Of a DNA stretch of 64,000 nucleotides, positions 56,401 to 64,000 are shown piece by piece. Position 1 is the first letter of the stretch. Each line of letters begins with the position of its first letter. The stretch comes from Eledone cirrhosa (taxonomy: Eukaryota), in the NCBI GenBank assembly GCA_964016885.1, contig OZ024743.1, forward strand, positions 326,864,001 through 326,928,000, given 5' to 3'. A program made the translations under genes and the position numbers. The notes beneath the pieces were generated by a model, which made no database searches, was not told the origin of the DNA, and was given only the letters and a program-made list of their open reading frames with translations.

Positions 56401-59191
56401 CCAGCAACATCATTATCATAGCCATTACCACCACCTCCACCAGCAACATCATTATCATAGCCATTACCACCACCTCCACCAGCAACATCATTATCATAGC
56501 GATTACCACCACCTCCACCAGCAACATCATTATCATAGCCATTACCACCACCTCCACCAGCAACATCATTATCATAGCCATTACCACCACCTCCACCAGC
56601 AACATCATTATCATAGCCATTACTATCACCTCCACCAGCAACATCATTATCATAGCCATTACCACCACCTCCACCAGCAACATCATTATCATAGCCATTA
56701 CCACCACCTCCACCAGCAACATCATTATCATAGCCATTACTATCACCTCCACCAGCAACATCATTATCATAGCCATTACTATCACCTCCACCAGCAACAT
56801 CATTATCATAGCCATTACCACCACCTCCACCAGCAACATCATTATCATAGCCATTACCACCACCTCCACCAGCAACATCATTATCATAGCCATTACTATC
56901 ACCTCCACCAGCAACATCATTATCATAGCCATTACCACCACCTCCACCAGCAACATCATTATCATAGCCATTACTATCACCTCCACCAGCAACATCATTA
57001 TCATAGCCATTACCACCACCTCCACCAGCAGTATCATTATCATAGCCATTACCACCACCTCCACCAGCAACATCATTATCATAGCCATTACCACCACCAC
57101 CACCAGTAACATCATTATCATAGCCATTACCACCACCTCCACCAGCAACATCATTATCATAGCCATTACTATCACCTCCACCAGCAACATCATTATCATA
57201 GCCATTACTATCACCTCCACCAGCAACATCATTATCATAGCCATTACCACCACCTCCACCAGCAACATCATTATCATAGCCATTACCACCACCTCCACCA
57301 GCAACATCATTATCATAGCCATTACTATCACCTCCACCAGCAACATCATTATCATAGCCATTACTATCACCTCCACCAGCAACATCATTATCATAGCCAT
57401 TACCACCACCTCCACCAGCAACATCATTATCATAGCCATTACCACCACCTCCACCAGCAACATCATTATCATAGCCATTACCACCACCTCCACCAGCAAC
57501 ATCATTATCATAGCCATTACCACCACCTCCACCAGCAGTATCATTATCATAGCCATTACCACCACCTCCACCAGCAGTATCATTATCATAGCCATTACCA
57601 CCACCTCCACCAGCAGTATCATTATCATAGCCATTACCACCACCTCCACCAGCAGTATCATTATCATAGCCATTACCACCACCTCCACCAGCAGTATCAT
57701 TATCATAGCCATTACCACCACCTCCACCAGCAACATCATTATCATAGCCATTACCACCACCTCCACCAGCAGTATCATTATCATAGCCATTACCACCACC
57801 TCCACCAGCAGTATCATTATCATAGCCATTACCACCACCTCCACCAGCAGTATCATTATCATAGCCATTACCACCACCTCCACCAGCAGTATCATTATCA
57901 TAGCCATTACCACCACCTCCACCAGCAGTATCATTATCATAGCCATTACCACCACCTCCACCAGCAACATCATTATCATAGCCATTACCACCACCTCCAC
58001 CAGCAACATCATTATCATAGCCATTACCACCACCTCCACCAGCAACATCATTATCATAGCCATTACCACCACCTCCACCAGCAACATCATTATCATAGCC
58101 ATTACTATCACCTCCACCAGCAACATCATTATCATAGCCATTACCACCACCTCCACCAGCAACATCATTATCATAGCCATTACCACCACCTCCACCAGCA
58201 ACATCATTATCATAGCCATTACCACCACCTCCACCAGCAGTATCATTATCATAGCCATTACCACCACCTCCACCAGCAGTATCATTATCATAGCCATTAC
58301 CACCACCTCCACCAGCAACATCATTATCATAGCCATTACCACCACCTCCACCAGCAACATCATTATCATAGCCATTACCACCACCTCCACCACCAGCAGT
58401 ATCATTATCATAGCCATTACCACCACCTCCACTAGCAGTATCATTATCATAGCCATTACTATCACCTCCACCAGCAACATCATTATTATAGCCATTACTA
58501 TCACCTCCACCAGCAACATCATTATCATAGCCATTACCACCACCTCCACCAGCAACATCATTATTATAGCCATTACTATCACCTCCACCAGCAACATCAT
58601 TATCATAGCCATTACCACCACCTCCACCAGCAACATCATTATCATAGCCATTACTATCACCTCCACCAGCAACATCATTATTATAGCCATTACTATCACC
58701 TCCACCAGCAACATCATTATCATAGCCATTACCACCACCTCCACCAGCAACATCATTATCATAGCCATTACTATCACCTCCACCAGCAACATCATTATCA
58801 TAGCCATTACCACCACCTCCACCAGCAACATCATTATCATAGCTATTACTATCACCTCCACCAGCAACATCATTATCATAGCCATTACTATCACCTCCAC
58901 CAGCAACATCATTATCATAGCCATTACCACCACCTCCACCAGCAACATCATTATCATAGCCATTACTATCACCTCCACCAGCAACATCATTATCATAGCC
59001 ATTACCACCACCTCCACCAGCAACATCATTATCATAGCTATTACTATCACCTCCACCAGCAACATCATTATCATAGCCATTACTATCACCTCCACCAGCA
59101 ACATCATTATCATAGCCATTACCACCACCTCCACCAGCAACATCATTATCATAGCTATTACTATCACCTCCACCAGCAACATCATTATCAT
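23475..59191. repeat. Giant 39-bp tandem array, ~35.7 kb, ~915 units
   Basis: Consensus CATCATTATCATAGCCATTACCACCACCTCCACCAGCAA. Recurrent variants include TCC/ACC, GCTCTT, CAGTAT, ACTATC, CTAG, GGCATT and an extra ACC. Confidence 0.98.
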
Positions 59192-59965
59192 CACTCTCAT
59201 CATTTGCTTGCCAACAAAGGAGCCCTTATATGAACGTTGATCCTGCTCAAAATAGTAGTGAATTCTCTCTTAAGTCACAATCTATTGTCTTAAGGAAAAA
59301 GTAAGGACATATTAGATGATGTAATCCTATAAACAATGTATAAGATGAAATGGCCTTGGTTGGAACGACTTTGGAGTTAAACAACATTATTAACATGATC
59401 ATCATCATTACTATCCTTATTACGATCACCAGCATCAGTAAAGTCATCACCGCTCCTATTGTCACCACCACTACTATCACCACCACAATCATTAACTCTT
59501 TCGTTACCATATTTCTAATGAAAGACACTGCCTATGGTTTTCAAATAATTTTGAAAATAATAAAGAATTTGGAAAGATTTAGCAATGTAACTAATTTTCT
59601 CATTATTGGAACATAACCTAAAGGTTTATAACAAAATACTGGTGTGTATGAATGTAACAAGGGGACGATTGGTTTGTGTGTATAATATTTAATTAACAAT
59701 TTGTGGATATATATAGAACAGTATAGTTGACATGTCAATGAATAGATGAAAGAATGAAGCAAAGTTATTAGTTACCGTTTTGGTTGCCTGGCAGAAGACG
59801 CCTGGCGAAGGCCAGGCGCCGGAAAGGCAAATGAGAGATAGGGAGCTTAACGTTATTAGTTTTATAGGGTTCTGACCGGAAGTTACAGAAAGGGTTCTAC
59901 TTCCTGTCTAGAGAGCGTTAATCTATTGGGGATGTGTCACAACAAGGGAGGCAACTCCTGCTACA

Positions 59966-59985
59966 TTATCTCCCGCCAGATTTTT
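59966..59985 (-). promoter_or_regulatory. Polypurine-tract-like plus-strand primer site
   Basis: Minus strand AAAAATCTGGCGGGAGATAA immediately before the TGTAGC start of the 3' LTR. Confidence 0.6.
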
Positions 59986-61282
59986 AACATATAAAAATCG
60001 AATGAAATATGTATGTAGTAAGTTGGCGAGAATGTTGTAACAGGCATGAAAATTACGAAAAAAAATAATGTTTGCAAATATCAATGATGGATATCAAGGT
60101 AGCCAACCGCTCTTGGCCAGAGAGCGACTGGACATCTATCTATCCATCACCCAAAGATACAATGTCATCAAAGTAAGAGAAGAGCTCAAAGTTCAAATGT
60201 ACAAAATATAGTTCACAGGTGTGCAATCACATGACAGCAGGAAAGAAAGTGTGTTCCAGAGAATGAATGCAGGTGGTTTCTGTTCTGTGGTATATCGTGA
60301 AATTTCCAACCTCCGAATGGATTTTCTCACAGGAAGAGTACTGCAAAAATAAATTCTCTGGCTTGTTCTGCTGGTTTTGGTTGTTGATGAAGCTGTGTTG
60401 CTGTTGATGTTGTTGTCTCGCGGAGTGAGCGTATTCGGTGTTTAAATTCACAGTAAAAAAAGATTTTCAGAAAAAATGAGTTGCGCAAAGTGCCAGAAAT
60501 AACAGCCGAAGTTGATGGTCGATGTTGAGAATACGTTGACCTGGAAGGGTCAAGAGGCCAGCGACCAAAGAAATAAGCATTCTGAATAAATGCGCAGTTT
60601 TCAACGGCAAATTTACGTGGTAAATTTTTAAACCGGCAAATAGGAGAATATAGCTTAAGGCTGGAGAATCCTTGGCAAGAAACGTTATCCCTGGCGTGTG
60701 GCTATCTCTGTGAATCGAGAATCCTACACGTGCCAAAACAAGGTTAAGTTGAAAAAATAATATTTCTAATGCGCGAGAAAATGGCGCGAAAATGATAGTG
60801 CAACAGGTCGTTGGCAGCCATTTTGAAAAAATGTGTGTGTGAAAGTGACAATGATGAAAAAGAAAGAAAGGCTTCACTTAGCATAACAAATATGGCGAGT
60901 TCAATTTGTTTTTTTTTTATTTTTGGTGTGAACTTTGAAAAAAACTTGAACGATGAAGAAAACGATGAAAAAAAAGGCAATGGTTGAGGTTCATCGAAAA
61001 TAAATGTTCCTGTTGAAATGTTTTTTTTTAAAAATCAAATTTCTTTTTTTTTTGTTTGTTTTTAAAGTGTTCGTTGTAAGAAACGAGAAACATATATATA
61101 TATATACAGTGAAATGCGACAGTTAGTGGTTGCGTGAGGGAAAAAGAGTCTGTCTGCACGAAAATTTCACATGTGTGTGTGTGCGTTTCTTTGACTGAGT
61201 ATTTTCATAGTTTGTCAATAAAATTTGCTGTGTATTCGTAATGTTACTCACACAACACCAGATTCTGCTATTTTTTCTTTTT

Positions 61283-61341
61283 TCGGGGTCACCACTTATA
61301 ACAATGAACGGCTGCGTGTTCGTATCACGTCGGGGTCACCA
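61283..61341 (-). promoter_or_regulatory. Duplicated, extended tRNA-Trp primer-binding site
   Basis: Plus strand GGCTGCGTGTTCGTATCACGTCGGGGTCACCA (61310-61341) is the 3' 32 nt of a tRNA-Trp including CCA. A second TCGGGGTCACCA lies at 61283-61294. Confidence 0.88.
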
Positions 61342-61669
61342 CTTATAACAAAATACTGGTGTGTATGAATGTAACAAGGAGACGATTGGTTTGTGTGTAT
61401 AATATTTAATTAACAATTTGTGGATATATATAGAACAGTATAGTTGACATGTCAATGAATAGATGAAACAATGAAGCAAAGTTATTAGTTACCGTTTTGG
61501 TTGCCTGGCAGAAGACGCCTGACGCTTAACGTTATTAGATTTATAGGGTTCTGACCGGAAGTTACAGAAAGGGTTCTACTTCCTGTCTAGAGAGCGTTAA
61601 TCTATTGGGGATGTGTCACAACAAGGGAGGCAACTCCTGCTACAGGTTCTCACAAAATTATCTTAGTTT

Positions 61670-62303
61670 TGTAGTGAAATCTGTCTGCGCCTTGAACCTT
61701 GGGTGACACCTAAAGGTTAAATTCTAGGTCATCACCCTTTTGGTGTGAACAGGTTCATGCGTGGGCTATCCCCTAAAGGTGGGAGGCAGAAAGTGACAGG
61801 TATATAAAGCCTATATTTTCCCACCTTGAATATAAAGATCGGAGCATTACGCTAGCAACTAACTATGTAAAGATTTACCCCTACCTTCAGGCCCCAGTGG
61901 TCTACAGAAATACAGAGAGAATAGACTCACGATGACAACGTCAACCAACTACTACAGACCATTCAGAGGTATACAAACCATTACTCTCTCTCTCTCTCAC
62001 TCACTATGGTCTCAGACTCACAACGACATCAACCTACTACTACAGACCATTCAGAGGTATACAAACCATTACTCTCTCTCTCTCACTATGGTCTCAGACT
62101 CACAACGACATCAACCAACTACTACAGACCATTCAGAGGTATACAAATCATTACTCTCTCTCACTCACTATGGTCTCAGACTCACAACGACGTCAACCTT
62201 CGCAACTCTTGGTAACTTGTTTTATTGTACTTTTTAATTGAAGTGAAGTAAACCATATATAAACTAAATCTTGTTATAATCATATCTAATAACCACATAT
62301 AAC
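61670..62303 (+). mobile_element. Probable solo LTR
   Basis: TGTAGTG...TATAACA ends, TATATAAA at 61801, interrupts the MITE. No clean TSD found. Confidence 0.45.
61923..62200. repeat. ~80-90-bp tandem repeat, about 3 copies plus a partial unit
   Basis: AGACTCACAACGACATCAACC...ACTACAGACCATTCAGAGGTATACAAACCATTACTCTCTC...CACTATGGTCTC repeated. Confidence 0.9.
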
Positions 62304-62387
62304 AATAACTATTTCTTATTTATACCCTTAAAGTTTCAGGCAGTTTGGTATCATAAGTGTTAATCATAATCGTTACTCATTATCATG

Positions 62388-62806
62388 AAGGTTGACTTTG
62401 CCTTTCATCCTTACGGGGTCGATAAAATAAAGTACCAGTAATACACTGGGTAATTGCTGGCCTTGTGCCAAAAAGTAGAAACAATTATCATGAAGGCACA
62501 TGGCTTAGTGGTTAGAGCATTGGCCTTGCAATCGAAAGGTTGTGAGTTCAATTCTCAGACCGAGTGATGTGTTGTTTCCTTGAGCAAGACATTTTATTTC
62601 ACATTGCTCCAGTTTACTCAGGGGTCCCTATCATTCCACTGCAAAGTGGTCGTGGAGGTGCTACAGCCAAAAAAGCACCCAGCCCACACTGTAAGGTTGG
62701 TGTTAGGAAGGGCATCCAGCTGTAGAAAGCCAGAATCAGTTCCCGTCCCACCCTTGCAAGCAGGGAAAAGTGGATGTAAAATGATGATGATGATGATGAT
62801 GATGAT
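62388..62806 (+). mobile_element. Head-to-tail cluster of three SINE pieces (Deu/Nin 3' half, CORE head, (GAT)n-tailed SINE)
   Basis: Segments 62388-62488, 62494-62620 and 62634-62806 match the three families seen earlier in the window. Confidence 0.8.
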
Positions 62807-63204
62807 AGACAATACCATGACCTAGTTCATCAGCATCATAATTACCATAATCATAATCACCATCATTATTATCATCACCAATTTGGAATTAGTTCTGTGG
62901 GTTTTTTTATCCACATGGGTATGTATTGTATAGATATTGATTTTACATGTTGTTGTTTATCTCCAAGCTCAACCTTGATTAAGCAGATCCATGATCTAAA
63001 GCAAAGGTTCTCAACGGGGGGTATATGCACCCCCAAGGGGCGTTTCGGAAATCCAGGGGGAGGTTTCGGAGCAAGGGGGCATTAGGGGGGCGTTTGGAGC
63101 TTTGGAGTGCACTGGAAGGCTCTTTACTTTGGTAGGTTTTATAAGCCATATTTGTATGTCTTTGAGACAGCCAGTGTGAATGCATTTGAATCAGCATGCA
63201 GACA

Positions 63205-63557
63205 GCACACACATCTAGGACCACATACAACACATAAGTAGGTAATACACACATCTAGGACTACATGCAACACATAAGGAGGTAGCACACACATCTAGGA
63301 TCACATACAACACACAGGCAAGTAATACATACATTTAGGACCTCATACAACACATAAGCAGGTAATATAAACATCTAGGACCGCATACAACACATAATCA
63401 AGTAATACAAACATCTAGGACCACATACAACACATAATCAGGTAATACATACATCTAGGACCACATGCAATACATAAGCAGGTAATGCATACATCTAGGA
63501 CTACCTACAACACACAGGCAGGTAATACATACATCTAGGACCAAATACAACACACAT
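63205..63557. repeat. 40-bp minisatellite, ~9 copies
   Basis: ACACATCTAGGACCACATACAACACATAAGCAGGTAATAC repeated. Confidence 0.92.
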
Positions 63558-64000
63558 TGTATCATGTGGTACGGACGACGCTAGAGCAATGGTCGGCCAA
63601 CATAAGGGTTTCGTCACTCTTCTGAAGAGAGAAAATCTAACTGTATTTGTTGTTCATTGTGTCATTCATCGACAACACTTGGCTGTGAAGAAACTCAGCA
63701 AGCCACTGAGCAAGTCCTTGCAGGTAGCCCTTGATGTCATCAATTTTATCAAACGGCATTTCCTCAATGAACGAATTTTCCGGCAACTGTGCCAAGATAA
63801 TGACGAAGAATTCATCAAGTTGCTCCTTCATAATGAAGTGAGGTGGCTTTCAAAGGGCAAGTGCCTTACTCACTTCTTTGAACTGTTTGACTCTATCATT
63901 GAGTTTCTGCGAGGACGCAACACAGAACTGTACAAGAAAACCCTCGATGTGAGGCAAGACTGTGCCTACCTCACCAACATCGTCGACAAATGCAATAGCG
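63556..64000 (+). pseudogene. Buster/Charlie-type hAT transposase fragment
   Basis: Manual translation is open to the window end: IVSCGTDDARAMVGQHKGFV...VHCVIHRQHLA...INFIK...LLLHNEVRWLSKGKCL...AYLTNI (TDGA-like, CxxH and RW motifs). Confidence 0.9.

Larger units (their letters stand above)
59627..61644 (-). mobile_element. Non-autonomous LTR retrotransposon, 2018 bp, Gypsy-type ends
   Basis: LTRs at 59627-59965 and 61344-61644, GGTT TSD (59623-59626 and 61645-61648), tRNA-Trp PBS next to the right LTR and purine-rich tract next to the left LTR. No gag/pol motifs recognised. Confidence 0.9.
59496..62359. mobile_element. TTAA-type MITE split by two later insertions
   Basis: TTAA at 59492-59495 and 62360-62363. 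Pieces 59496-59626, 61649-61669 and ~62310-62359 are collinear with the 22949-23183 copy. Confidence 0.65.
63002..64000 (+). mobile_element. hAT (Buster/Charlie) transposon, internally deleted, truncated by the window end
   Basis: TIR-like CAAAGGTTCTCAAC preceded by the 8-mer ATCTAAAG (central TA), with a transposase fragment downstream. Confidence 0.8.

Noticed and set aside
23475-59191. CRISPR-like array
   Set aside because: Units are head-to-tail with no unique spacers, there are no cas genes, and the context is eukaryotic.
23475-59191. E. coli Chi octamer GCTGGTGG in nearly every unit (minus strand)
   Set aside because: The match is real but expected from (GGT)n-derived sequence, and RecBCD is not relevant to an animal genome.
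39830-59203. 6457-aa ORF and the other long Met/Val/Ile-rich ORFs as real genes
   Set aside because: They follow automatically from a stop-free 39-bp unit, switch peptide type at single-base indels, and have no unique domain or gene context.
61310-61341. tRNA-Trp gene
   Set aside because: Only the 3' 32 nt are present, with encoded CCA, adjacent to an LTR. It is a primer-derived copy.

Overview
AT-rich animal genomic DNA made almost entirely of repeats. The SINE complement (CORE-type and Deu/Nin-type tRNA SINEs plus an RTE-tailed (GAT)n SINE) suggests an octopod cephalopod, which is an inference only. The first 23 kb is a nested transposon landscape: an internally deleted mariner with ~100-bp TIRs, a bipartite RTE derivative, a CR1 3' end, a near full-length decayed Tx1/L1 element inside a (TAGR)n microsatellite, Penelope-like remnants with minimal hammerhead ribozymes, a foldback, MITEs and SINEs. 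This stretch may be a ~20-kb intron between two candidate minus-strand exons of a secreted protein (20153-20065 and 74-1). Positions 23475-59191 are one ~35.7-kb array of a 39-bp unit (~915 copies), and the giant ORFs in the track come from it. The last 5 kb holds a 2-kb non-autonomous LTR element with a duplicated, over-long tRNA-Trp primer-binding site carrying an A58-to-T change, a probable solo LTR, SINEs and a Buster/Charlie hAT fragment. No prokaryotic system, CRISPR array, rRNA or intact tRNA gene is supported.
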